Positions 49,601 to 60,500 of a DNA stretch of 64,000 nt are shown in pieces; the stretch's first letter is position 1; every line of letters begins with the position of its first letter. The notes below the pieces were generated by a model that worked only from the letters and a program-made list of their open reading frames with translations, made no database searches and was not told the origin of the DNA. Both the position numbers and the translations under genes were made by a program. Origin of the DNA: Curvularia clavata (lineage: Eukaryota); NCBI GenBank assembly GCA_023920165.1, contig CP089279.1:1054001-1118000 (forward strand), in the 5' to 3' direction.

Positions 49601-50687
49601 TCGGAGGTATATCATCTACTTGCTTTGAAAGCTGAACGATCACTGAGCGTAGCATTCGTTCGGAATCCTGCTTCTGTACATCGTTGAAGTCGAAATAAAA
49701 GTACGCAATGGCATATCCGGAATGACTGTCGCAATACTGGGTAATGTTCTCAATGATGGTAGAACTTAAGATTGTCTTGCCGCAGCCGGGAATGCCGTAC
49801 AACCATAGATATGACATACCACCAAACTTCCAGTTCGCGTATCTCTCACCTTCCAGAAACCACAAGCCTGTGTTGTGCTGTCGCTGCTTAAGCGCCTTCT
49901 GGTAGTTGATAGACGGATCTGGTGCGGATAGCCAATGTTGTATATTAATGAGTTTTCGCGCTTTAATCTCCTCGGACTCTTCAAGAAGATTCTTCATTCG
50001 CCGGCGTGCACGGTCTTCACCTTCGCCGTATAGGAGTGGCATGCAAATGTTGCAAATTCCTAAAAGAGAGTACACTTGATCTTCCTTGCGGGTCGTCTGA
50101 CGGTTTTCAGCCCACAGCATTCGTTGCTCAACACTAAACCTAGATAGGTCAGGTCCTTGGACAGCTTCGATCGGTATGTTCGTAATTTGAGAAACCTCTT
50201 CTGCTCGCGAATGTTTGTCGCCGATAAGGTCTCCTTCTTTTGAGAAAAACTGCACACACTCTGGAGCAAGAAGCTCTTGTAGTGTCCATCCCCTTGTGAA
50301 CCATCTGGACCTCGAGAACGCAATGCTGCCTTGAGCAGAGTCGCTGGTTGATACATCGGAGAGGTAAACGTAACATTTCGATGCCTTGCGATACCAGTTG
50401 AACATGGAATTGATTGCTTCGGAAAGCTCTGCGCTGCTGGACTTGTCGATGCAGCAGGTATCGATCCAAAAATAGTGGAGGTCGTCTTTTGCAGCTTGGC
50501 TTTTACAGAAGTCCAGCTTCTTATACCCAACCTTCTCTTGTCTCGTGTTGTTGCCCAAGTCCTCATACGTGACTTCTTCTCCATCAGCACCCCAAGTGTG
50601 GGACAGAATGGCATAGGGAGGAAGCTCCTTCCCTTGAAAGTTGACAAGGCTGAAGCTGCCGTTACTTTGTGCCTTTAAAAGACGCAT
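46632..50687 (-). CDS. NLR-like HET-NACHT-ankyrin protein (about 1335 aa; intron 49132-49179)
   Basis: HET: YAILSHTWG, FWIDTCCIDK, ELSEAINSMF, WFTRGWTLQELLAP. NACHT: LYGIPGCGKT, IILDALDE, LMTSR, GM^FRW, LPSTLDETYERIL, AHYSVKEFL. Many ankyrin repeats (SPLYYAS, TPLHLAA, TPLHFAS, ALHYAA). Confidence 0.93.
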
Positions 50688-51435
50688 GGTGAAGGCACCA
50701 CGGCGTGGCGCAAGGAGTGAGAAACTAGCTGTGGATTTCGAGGGCTGGTACAGACCAAGGTGGCCGGAAGAGTTGTGATGATTGCTAGGGGTACTTGGAG
50801 GAAGGGATGCAGATAGACAGGCTGAATTTGGGGGGCTAACCTGTTTGGTCGCTTCGATGAGATCAACCGGTCAGGTTAGGCGGCAAGGCTGTCTGAGATA
50901 TCCGTATACTGTTACCCGCAGAAGGGACCTGAAGAGAAGGGATGTTATTGTTGTTGTTTTCTTCGAAGAAAAATACTTACTAGACACATCGATGCGCATG
51001 GAGCGACCTGCCTGCTGAGAAGAACATACTCTCGCCAGACAGCTCCGGAGGCCAAGGGGATATGGACGCACACCGTGAAAACGGACCAGCACAAGCAGAC
51101 GGCCAACAATATGCAATGTGCAAAACAAACACTGGACAGGCATTCATGATCATTATTTGAAGTCGTATCGCATATACTTTCGCCCTTCCCATACCATTCA
51201 AGTTGCCCGACTTTTGGTTCCGGTTCCATGTCGCAACCATAGATATAAATACATGCGTAGAAAAGTACGCCGCTCCAGTCGACCAGAAGCAGTGCCCATA
51301 GGGCTGAGACTATAAAGAAAGAAGATACTTGCCGTGCTTGAATCGCTCAACTAAACAAGACTGAATTGAGAGTGCATTTCATGGCGTGCACGAAGCAATG
51401 GTAACTCCAGTGCGAGAAGGTTCGAGATACTCCGA

Positions 51436-53447
51436 CTAAGCAGCAGGCTGGACACCGAGGTCGGCACCACCACGACCACGGGGAGCGCCTCGGCCGCGAT
51501 AACCAGATCCACGCCCACCACGTCCACGGCCTCGACCACGGCCACGTCCACGGTAGCCATCAACACTGCCCTGGCCGAAAGTTTCCATGTTCTTCTGGCG
51601 CTCTTGGCTACGGAACTCTTGACCACGCGCGGCTGCTTCTTCTCTGTCCTTGAGTTCACTCGAGATGTTGTCAAAGAAAGAGCTCTTGTCATACATTGAG
51701 CCGCTGGGGATGATGACTTCTTCCTTGTCAGCAGATGCATCCGCTGCAGTAGCCGCGCCCTCACCAAGGGGCGAACCGGAGGCGATGGCCTCCTTGATCA
51801 AATCTTGCTTGTTGAACTTGGCATTTGCGGATTCGAAATCAAAGTCAGTTGTAGGAACCTCCATCTTCGGGTGTTGTGAATGAAGGCCGCCTCGGCCTCC
51901 CCTTCCACCCCTGCCACGGAACTCGCCAGTACCTCTTTGGCGTGGTGCATGTTGGCGGCTCTGGTCGCGCATGCCCTCAACCTTCTGGGCTAGATTGTTT
52001 GTGGGATCCGAAGCAGGTGCTTGACCTTGAGGCAGGCCCTGAGCTTGTGCTTTGTTTTGGAGGTTGAGCTTTGCCATAGCCTCAGCCACAGCGGCAGTCG
52101 CCAACTGCGTAGCGTTCTGCTGTTGAGCAGCGCTAGGAACCTGGGCAGTGGCAACAGCAGCGGCGGCTTGCTGGTGCGTATGGGGCGCTGTCTTGTTAGC
52201 TCTTGGGCTTGGAATAGGGACAGCAGGGATGATCCGTCCACCCTTTGGCCCACCAGGTGCACCCCTCCCTGTAGCAGGCTGTTGGGTGTTCTGAGGTTGA
52301 GGCGGCGCTAGCGCAGCCGATACATCGGGCTTGCTCTCGACAGGCGGTGGGGGAGCCTGCTTCGCACCAACAGGCGTAGGAGTAACGCCAGAAGCCTTCG
52401 CACCATTCTTGGGCTGTGGCTTGGCCGGCGCACCGTCTGCCTCTGCAACCTTTGGCTGTTGTGCTTGACCAGACTTATCATCCTTGCCAGCCTGGGGTCC
52501 TGATGGACCTCGGGGACCCTGTGGAGGCTGGTTCTGGTTCAAGCCGGGAGGACCAATGGGCATGTTTGGTGAGAATGGCCCTGGAGGTTGATGGAAGCCT
52601 TGGCCAGGCGGGAACCAGCCAGGGGGCGCTCCGAACGGAGGCATGCCAAATGCGCCTGGCGGACCACCGGGAGGGAAAGGACCTGGGCCACCAGGGAATC
52701 CACCCTGGGGACCAAAGCGGTTACCATATGGACCTCCTGGGCCACCAAAAGGTGGGTAGCCCCCAGGAGGGAACTGACCAGGCTGAGGGAAGTTCTGAGG
52801 TTGCTGTTGATGTCCCGATACGTCTTGCGGACTGCTTTCTTGTCGCGCCTGAGTTTGCTGTACCTGTGGCGCATGCGTCGCGTCAGCTTTGGGCTCAAAG
52901 AGAGAATTGAGAAAAAGCAGTTTGTACGTAAGGGTCTCAGAAGGAAGGCAACGGAAAATATCCACACGGTTTTGCGCTCTCGGTGGTTTTTTTGATTTAC
53001 ATCCGAAAATTTTACATCACCGGAAAGGGGGAAGGGAAGAAAATAGCGTAGACTTACTCCGATGATGGCGGGGTCCTGTGGCATGGCAGGCTGTGCCTTT
53101 TCCTTGACTGGTTCCTCAATGCGCAAATCCTTCACGTCACTGCCTCGGAAGACAATCTGCTCGTATACGACGTCTGACGGAGGGTACTCATCCTTGCCAC
53201 CCTTGCGACCCTCTGTGCCAAAAGATCGCACATTGTCTAATGAGACTGTGGAGGCTTCTGAGTTAATCTCGACGAGCGTACCGACATAGCTATGGCGGGT
53301 CAATGGCTGCAAGAACCCACCATTGACTGGGTACTAACCGAATGTCGCTTTTTGAGATGAGGGAAATGCGAGATCTACGCGTCGCGGGTCAGCTGAAGCT
53401 CGAGACGAATTGGGCGCAGCCGCGACTTACCCGATGAACTCGGACAT
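51436..53447 (-). CDS. SCD6: LSM14/Scd6/Sum2 P-body translational repressor; three introns
   Basis: Lsm domain MSEFIG^SRISLISKSDI^RYVGTL..SFGTEGR..FRGSDVKDL; FDF (DFDFESANAKF), FFD (SSFFDNIS) and TFG (NMETFG) motifs; RGG boxes. Confidence 0.95.
52937..53020 (-). ncRNA. Intronic box C/D snoRNA, snR52-like (guide for 18S Am420, yeast numbering)
   Basis: Lies in the 194-nt SCD6 intron (52864-53057). Box C GTGATGT at 53020-53014, box D CTGA at 52940-52937, preceded by GTTGCCTTCCTT, which is complementary to conserved 18S AAGGAAGGCAGC (one G.U). Confidence 0.85.
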
Positions 53448-53834
53448 GGCTGCGTAAGGTGGGTATCAAAACAGGTATCAAAGGAATGGAAGCTCAATGG
53501 GAAAAGAAAAGGCTGGTGGAAGGTGCAAAAGTCGTGAAAAGTCGATAAGGGAGAAGTGAGGAAAGGATGGAAAGAGGGTGGTCGTGGGATGAAGCTGAGA
53601 GAAACTTGGCGCACGTTTAGCGAGGCGTAGCCTGGGAGCTTGAGCCTCCTGTCGGCCTACCTTTACCCCACACTGCCTCATGTACCACGTTCACGACGCA
53701 TACTGTTTGGGCTCACCGGTTCATGCGCATCATTTCAATCCATGATCAATCGAGTCACATGACCCTAGAGGTCGCGGAGTGCTCTCTTTCTTTCACCAAA
53801 TTTCGCGGCGAGTAACGCGATCTACTAAACAACC

Positions 53835-54544
53835 ATGAGCGTCACTACAGATGGACTGAACGACGTCTACGAAGCGCTGGAGTCCTACAACTGGGATGAT
53901 GATGTAGAATTCCAGGCCGGCCTACAGGCCATCATCGGCAGTAACAGTACGCCAGAGCAGACGACTGAATTGGCACTGCGGGCGCGATGCTTCTATTATG
54001 CAAGGTATGTACCCTGGCAACTAGTGAAAGGAGCTCTCTCCAACCAAGTCATACGCAACTTTGTCAATTGAATACCTTGCACCTTGACAAGCTTTTTGAC
54101 CCACACTTACTGAAACCGTACAGAAAATACAACAAAAACATAGACTTCGACGCCTACAAAACATACCGCAGTGCACGCAACCGACCGCCTCCCACACCCC
54201 CCAGTTCAACAAACGTACTGGCAACCTCCGTCGTAGACCAAGAGCTAGCCCAAAGCAATGATCCGAAAACCACGTCAAACGCTACCGCACCAGCTCCAAC
54301 CACCGAACCCAGTGGAATCCTCCCTTCGCCTCCAAATGCGACCGAACCACCTGCACCCTACCCCACCAGCTTCGCCCACATCGTCGACTTGATAACGAGC
54401 GGCAAACCAGTACCGGGTATCAAGGAGATCCCACCCACAGTGCTAGAAGGCCAAGGGACGCAAGCGACAAAGCCAACGAGGAAGAAGCCTTGGGAGAAAG
54501 ACGAGGCTCCCGCCGAGGCAGCCAAAGAAACAGGTGCTGCGTAG
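53835..54544 (+). CDS. PEX39: KPWE-motif peroxin, PEX39-like (DUF5572/C6orf226 family); intron 54005-54123
   Basis: N-terminal YNWDDDVEFQAGL..ARCFYYAR^K..IDFDAYK; C-terminal PYPTSFAHIVDLITSGKPVPGIKEIP..RKKPWE. Confidence 0.75.
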
Positions 54545-54925
54545 TACATGACTTATTCGGTGCCAGCAAGAATATAGGAAGTGGCTCGATCATGCATGAA
54601 TTCACGATGCTCATAGTGAAGATTTACAAAGGGCAGTCATAACAACGAATTTATGTACACTACAAACCGTCTACGTGCAGAAGAAAGAATACGATGAATG
54701 ATACCCTTTATCTGCAGTCAAGAACAGTCCAAAGATATATCATGAATTCAACAACACTGGGGTATATAACAAATCCCAACCTCTCAACCTGTCCAAACCG
54801 AAAAGGGAAAAAAATGAACCCATATGTACGCCAGATGCTATCATCTCTTTGTGACCCAAGACCAAGCCTGGTGTGACAAAAGCCCTTCATTATCCCCCTC
54901 GAAGAAAATCGATCGAAGCAGCAGT

Positions 54926-57577
54926 CTACAAGACCGCCTCGAGGATCCTATCCTTGAGCTTGCTAACCTCCTCCTTCGCCTCCCACAGCTTACTCTGCGC
55001 ATCCAGAAACTTGCTTTTCCAGTTCTCGTTATTTGCATCAGACCGTGACGCATCTCTTTCAGTAGAAGCCGCTTCGTCACCTTCGGGAGCAGAGCTCATA
55101 TCCAAACCCTTAGCGACCCATTCACCCGTCAGTCCACCAAAGGCGACAGCGAAAAAGACGTCAAAAGTTTCTTTGATCTTGTCTCCGCTTCTCGCAGCAT
55201 TCTCGGACTCTTCGTCGTCGTCTTCTTCGTCGACAGGCGACTCGTATCCGTCGCCTCCAACGCGAAACCGTATACATTCCACACGGCGTACGCCACCAGT
55301 CGGCCCACCAATGCCCACACCCACAGTGCCAGCCAGCCCAAGACAACTGCTGATTGCAATGCTGAGGGCATAGTCGCTCATGACTTTTGCTGGGGGCGTA
55401 GAGCCAGGCGAGGGCTTGGCATGGAGGGGCTGCAAGATGGCGGAAGCGAGTCGCTTGGCCTCATTCCCTCGTAAGCGCTTCCGGCGACCAGTCAACGGGG
55501 CGCGTATTAGCTCTGCAGCTAGCGCGCGGTTCAGCGTCTCCAAAGGAACCGCTGTTGGCAAGTTGGATGGTGTTGAGAGTAGTTCTGAGTCCGTCTGTAG
55601 TCGTGTTGGTGGCGGTGGCTGCTGTTGTGCAGGCGTCTCGGATGGAGTCAAGTTGCCATGGTGTGTCTGGTGCGTTGGCCGATGTTGTTTCTCGTACACG
55701 CTTTGTTGTTCGTAGGCGTTTGCAGATGAGACTTGAGCTGAAGCGGCGCTTATCGGGGACGGTCCTATTCCTGTGCTTGGCGAGTCGTTCTGTAGTCCAT
55801 TGACGAGCACAGTTGGCGTAGTCAACCGCACTACTGGATTGCCAACATTAGGAGGAACCTGAAGACTCAGCCGTTGCTTCTGCGGTGCCCCACCCATAGG
55901 CGGTCCCTCTATCTTGGACTGGGAAACGGCGGACGCTGGTGTGGGTGGGAAACGGAGAGAATTCTCTGGAGCTGGTGGGTCTGAATGCGCTCGCTCGACG
56001 ATTGGTGTCAGGTTACCCGGGTTTCGATCTATGGGTGGCCCTTCTTTAGTCTTTGGGTTCGCCGGGAAAGTCACAAAGGGCCCATCTCTAATCGAGCGAT
56101 TACTAGGCGGCCGGCCGCGAAGTTTGCCATTGGAGGTTCCGCTGTTAGTTGACCATGCCGACGATACAGCGGGACCGTGTCGCCGACGAGAGCGTGATCT
56201 GGTACTGGATGGTGTGACTGCGGATTGTGGTTCGTCAAAGAACGGGTAAGCAGACTGCGGAGTTACAGCGGAAAGTGGATGAGGTGTGTGTGGTGTATCT
56301 TGTGGGTTTACGCGCCACCGCCCATGTTGACTTGACATGGGTGAATCCGTGTAGGGTGTAAGTCCGCTCTGGCCGAGACGACTTGGAGCGGAGGCAGCAG
56401 TATTGGCAGATGACGGAGTAACAGTTGAGACTGCTGTCCATGGATCCTGTGGGGTCAAGAAACCACCATGCATGTTGTTTGGGTGAGCGCTAGAAGGGTA
56501 TGCTGATTGCGGCTGCAACACATTGCCGAATGCTACAGAAGTATCGAGCTGAGGCCGTTTACGAGCCGGTGTGCCTTCTTCAAAGTCTATTTCGTCGTCT
56601 CCCTCGTCAGCCTTGCGGCGCCCGCGCTTGGGCTTGAACTTGGGATCGAGAGCCCTGATGGCCAGGTCTTCCTCCAGGGGTACGCCATCACGCCCTTGGC
56701 TTGGAAAGGGCTGGTGCGGTGGTGGTATTTGCAGAAAGTAAGGGTGCTGCTTGCCTAGCAGATATTCGAAAAAGGCATCGATATGCATAGCACGCATCCA
56801 TCGCTTCAGCCTAACAGAGTACTGTTGCACCTTTTGCGTACTCTGTCCCTCGTCAGTGTTTGGCGGTTTCACACCCAGATCCAGAGCCAGCTGTGTCCAG
56901 GTCTTTATTTCCTTTGCGTCAAACTTGCGAATCAGCTCAAAGAGAGCCCATGTGCTGAATGCGTTGCCATCGCTCTTTGGTGGGGTCCGGAACAGCTTGA
57001 CCAGCTCGGTGGTGTCAGTGGTAGTGGGGAAGTTGGGATTGCAGTAGAGGATAAATGCGGCATAGGCATGGTCTATGGTATCGTCGGACACGTCGCGCGG
57101 GGGAGGTTCGCGGTCGGTGGGTTCAAAATGGGCGGTTCCGTGGCGCGGCTGGCTGGTGGGCGATATGGCGGAGAAGCGCGGCGAGGCATTCGCAGAGGCG
57201 GGGGGAGTCTGTGAGTTGCGCATGTCGCCATAGAAGCCGTGGGCAAGGTGACCGGCACTGTCAGGCTGAAGTAGATGGCCTGACTGCGCCTGATGGGGGA
57301 CGGCCGACATGGGCGTGTGCACATTGCGGTTGGCACCTGTGCTCTGATCCAGTCCTGAGTCAATCGCGGGTACACGACCACCGCTTCCACTGCTGCCACT
57401 ACTGCCGCCGCCGCCACCACCACTACCGTTTGGATGTCGGAAGGGCGAGTAGGCCGGGCCGCTGCCGGGGCCTGGGTGGTCGTAGTGTGTGTGGGCGTGG
57501 GTGTGGGTGTGGGTGTGACCGTTGGCTGTCAGGAGATTATGCTCCGTCTGTCCCTCCTCGCCAAAGTCGACCTGCAT
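54926..57577 (-). CDS. abp2: ARS-binding protein 2 (Abp2)-family nuclear protein
   Basis: AYAAFILYCNP, FRTPPKSDG, IKTWTQLALDLGV, QKVQQYSVRLKRWMRAMHIDAFFEYL, RDGVPLEEDLAIRAL, PKRGRRK, AT-hook KLRGRPP, C-terminal coiled coil. Confidence 0.85.
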   Translation of the reverse strand: MQVDFGEEGQTEHNLLTANGHTHTHTHAHTHYDHPGPGSGPAYSPFRHPNGSGGGGGGSSGSSGSGGRVPAIDSGLDQSTGANRNVHTPMSAVPHQAQSGHLLQPDSAGHLAHGFYGDMRNSQTPPASANASPRFSAISPTSQPRHGTAHFEPTDREPPPRDVSDDTIDHAYAAFILYCNPNFPTTTDTTELVKLFRTPPKSDGNAFSTWALFELIRKFDAKEIKTWTQLALDLGVKPPNTDEGQSTQKVQQYSVRLKRWMRAMHIDAFFEYLLGKQHPYFLQIPPPHQPFPSQGRDGVPLEEDLAIRALDPKFKPKRGRRKADEGDDEIDFEEGTPARKRPQLDTSVAFGNVLQPQSAYPSSAHPNNMHGGFLTPQDPWTAVSTVTPSSANTAASAPSRLGQSGLTPYTDSPMSSQHGRWRVNPQDTPHTPHPLSAVTPQSAYPFFDEPQSAVTPSSTRSRSRRRHGPAVSSAWSTNSGTSNGKLRGRPPSNRSIRDGPFVTFPANPKTKEGPPIDRNPGNLTPIVERAHSDPPAPENSLRFPPTPASAVSQSKIEGPPMGGAPQKQRLSLQVPPNVGNPVVRLTTPTVLVNGLQNDSPSTGIGPSPISAASAQVSSANAYEQQSVYEKQHRPTHQTHHGNLTPSETPAQQQPPPPTRLQTDSELLSTPSNLPTAVPLETLNRALAAELIRAPLTGRRKRLRGNEAKRLASAILQPLHAKPSPGSTPPAKVMSDYALSIAISSCLGLAGTVGVGIGGPTGGVRRVECIRFRVGGDGYESPVDEEDDDEESENAARSGDKIKETFDVFFAVAFGGLTGEWVAKGLDMSSAPEGDEAASTERDASRSDANNENWKSKFLDAQSKLWEAKEEVSKLKDRILEAVL
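57485..57516. repeat. Imperfect (GTGTGG)n coding microsatellite giving the HTHTHTHAHTH tract in Abp2
   Basis: Read directly; a GGS-rich coding repeat lies nearby at about 57380-57428. Confidence 0.75.
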
Positions 57578-60500
57578 TGTTCTGCTCTGTTTCGCGCAAT
57601 GCGACGCTTCTCTCAGCTGCTTCCTCTGCCGATCAGCATGCCATGGGCGCGCAATGATGAGTCGCAGTTGCGCTAATGCCAGCTATAGGCCATGGATATA
57701 CCCCGTAGAGCGCGCGCGACAGCCTATTCCTCCGCTCCACAGGTTTACTTTATTGCGAAAAGACGGCGAGAGAGAGCGGCTGCTGTCGCAATAGATCCAA
57801 CAAAGCGAGCGCGAACCAGTCCAACGATAGGATGCGAAGCGCCCAGCACTGTCGCCGTTCGATTATTACTATTATTTTGTTTTCTTGTCGTCGCCGTGAG
57901 GGGTGCGGTCCAGCAGAGGCTAATGCGTCGATGCGCGCTATCAAGTCGCGTCGTGGTCGGGTCTCGGGTTGATGATGATAATTTGCGGTCTTGATGGTCT
58001 TTGGGCGGGTCAGGCCTGGCTGCTTCGGGGACATTTTGTTGACTTAAGGCAGCTGAGCCCGTACCCCAGCTTCGTCGCTTCTATTTTTGGCCCCGTCCGA
58101 ACCCACCTCTCTCACAATCCATCCCCCCATGTCGCCGCTGCTGCACCATCATCACGCCTGCGTCCTGTACATCGCCTTGTGACTGGCTGTCTGCCGCTGC
58201 TCCACCATGAACATGCGACGCTTTCACACGGAGTGGCCGCCTCACCAAGCCCTTCCGGGACTATCATCCATACGGCGGACGAAACATTGGCCTTGGCAGC
58301 TTGCCACCACCCGAAAGCCACACAAGTGTCTGCGAACAGGTCATTGAGACTGTACGGCATGTTGCGACAAACCCAGGGGGATGATCTCGCAGCTGGCAGT
58401 TGTCGCCACCAACCATCCAAACTGCTGTATCAGGACACAGAGTCTTAGCATCGCCAACATCAGCCGGCCTGATTTCTAAATCGGTCCACCATACACGCTA
58501 ACCTCCGTTAACCCAAGACACTCAATGATATGACGAGACTCTCTCTCCGTTCGATTTCCGCGTGATTAATATCCATGCATATCGTGGTCCGCATGCTTCA
58601 AACTTCCGTCGCCCAACAAACGCATCCATGGTTGTTTCAAATGTAGTACGCATCAACCGTCATTTGGGGTTACCAATCTATCTCAGATTTAGTCAGTATT
58701 GGAGCTCAAGGAGATATTGTGACAATATGAAGTCTCTGTTCTTCGGTAGCGACACGGAATGGATTCAACAAATACCCGCACTGATATGGTCTATGCTATA
58801 AATTTGTAGCGAGCACAAAACAGCCGGCCAGTTGCGGAGTGACATATGAGAGCTTTTCGAGGAATGCGAATGAGTAAGATTCTATCAGCAACAACTGATA
58901 AATCTCAGAACAAGAAAGACTCTCGCGAAATCTATGCGCCTTGTAATCGTCACAGGATGGATACAGTAGGCACATGTTCACACAGGCGGTTTCAAACCAA
59001 TATCTCGATCTCCGACCTTACTATACTACTGGCCGTTCGGCCGCTCAGTCTTCATCACATCCCTGGTCTAGCTTAAAAAATCTCTGCATGTCATGCTATG
59101 CTTCGCCGTGCTCATGTCCACGTCTGTGATGACGCAAGCTCACTGAGCCAAAGCAGCCCTGCTCCTTAGCTTCAGCTGCGAGGAACACAAAGCGTGAAAA
59201 CTTTTGGATGAATTAACCTCTCTCAGTTATGTGCTACAGTTCGGTGTTTTGGCTACGACATGCTTACTACGTATGTTCAAAGTATACAATTACGATGATA
59301 ATACCATTGATTCTAGCAGAAAGATTGTAGATTGAAGCAGAGTTTGACTACCTCTATGGAGAAGAGACTATCTTGAGTGTCGATAGGGTTGACGACACCG
59401 GGGATGTGAAAGACAGATCCAATGATATACGATTACTGCACAACATGCCCAATGGACAGCCAGGAGCTGTATTATTCTTCGGGTACTTCTTCAGGCTCTG
59501 ACACTTATTCTAAACTGACAACAAACCCACTGGGAACAATTGCCCTGATGGTGCCGCTCTTGGCGATTAATGGCGTCAAATACGGCATTACATGTCAAGA
59601 AAGATCGACAAAAGTATCCCAACTTAGATAACTCACCGAGGACGACGGGCAGCGACCCGACAATCGGGCAGCTAACAGTCAGAACATACCCAGTGTGTCC
59701 AATCCACGTTCAAAAGGGTTCATGCTCCACAGGCGTTAATGCATCATCTTGCACCTGGGGATTGGCAGTCAAACAACACGACCAGGAAACTCCCAATATT
59801 TCTGTGTGGTATTGCCAAACTTGCATTTACCCATATGCCACTACCAGGGCTATTTTGATACCTTGTCAATATCCGGTAGACTGTGACTGGATGCCGGTCG
59901 TTACCCATTAAACCAACCAAACAGGCGGGCCGCTCACATGTGACTAAAATTTGAGTTTCCGAGTCATACCAAGGGAAAAGTTGAGCTAAGTATATATCGT
60001 AGGCTCAGGCTCGTCTTCTCTACATCATGGCAGTACCAATGTCCATCATCTCAGAGCCTTCTGCCGCCTCTTGTCTTATTGTGCTGCTGTTATAGAAAAA
60101 GTGGAGTAAAGTGACATCATGATATTTCAGGGAACTGATACCTTACTGCGAGGTATTTGGAGAATCTACGCTCGACCACAGGGATGAACCTTGTATTTTA
60201 TACCAGATACTGGGTATTTGGAAGACGATAGTTCGAAGAAATGTCCTTGTTATATATGCTAATCCTGTCTTGGTATGTATGACAAAGATTCGTCTCCACA
60301 TGAGGCAGATCGAGAGTAGGCCGTATTTGGTGCTGTAAACACAAAGTCGACCAATGTAGAGATGTAATGCGATTACTCTTGAGTCTTACCAGTACCGTCA
60401 GTTACATCGAGGAGTATGAAGGAAAACATGACACAATTGCACATTTACATATGAATGATGTGGAATAACTTGGTGACAAGAATTGCAAAGGTTGTTGTTT

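Noticed and set aside
45904..51435. Transposon boundaries (TIR/TSD) around the NLR
   Set aside because: No terminal repeats or transposase remnants were recognisable by eye.
52937..53020. Intronic snoRNA as U14
   Set aside because: U14 has ..CCTTGGATGT directly before box D (targeting C414) plus domain A (CATTCGCAG). Here box D follows CCTT directly, giving A420, and domain A is absent.
54005..54123. Small RNA in the 119-nt PEX39 intron (TTGTCAA..TTGACAA hairpin)
   Set aside because: Only a 7-bp stem; no convincing C/D or H/ACA boxes or guide.
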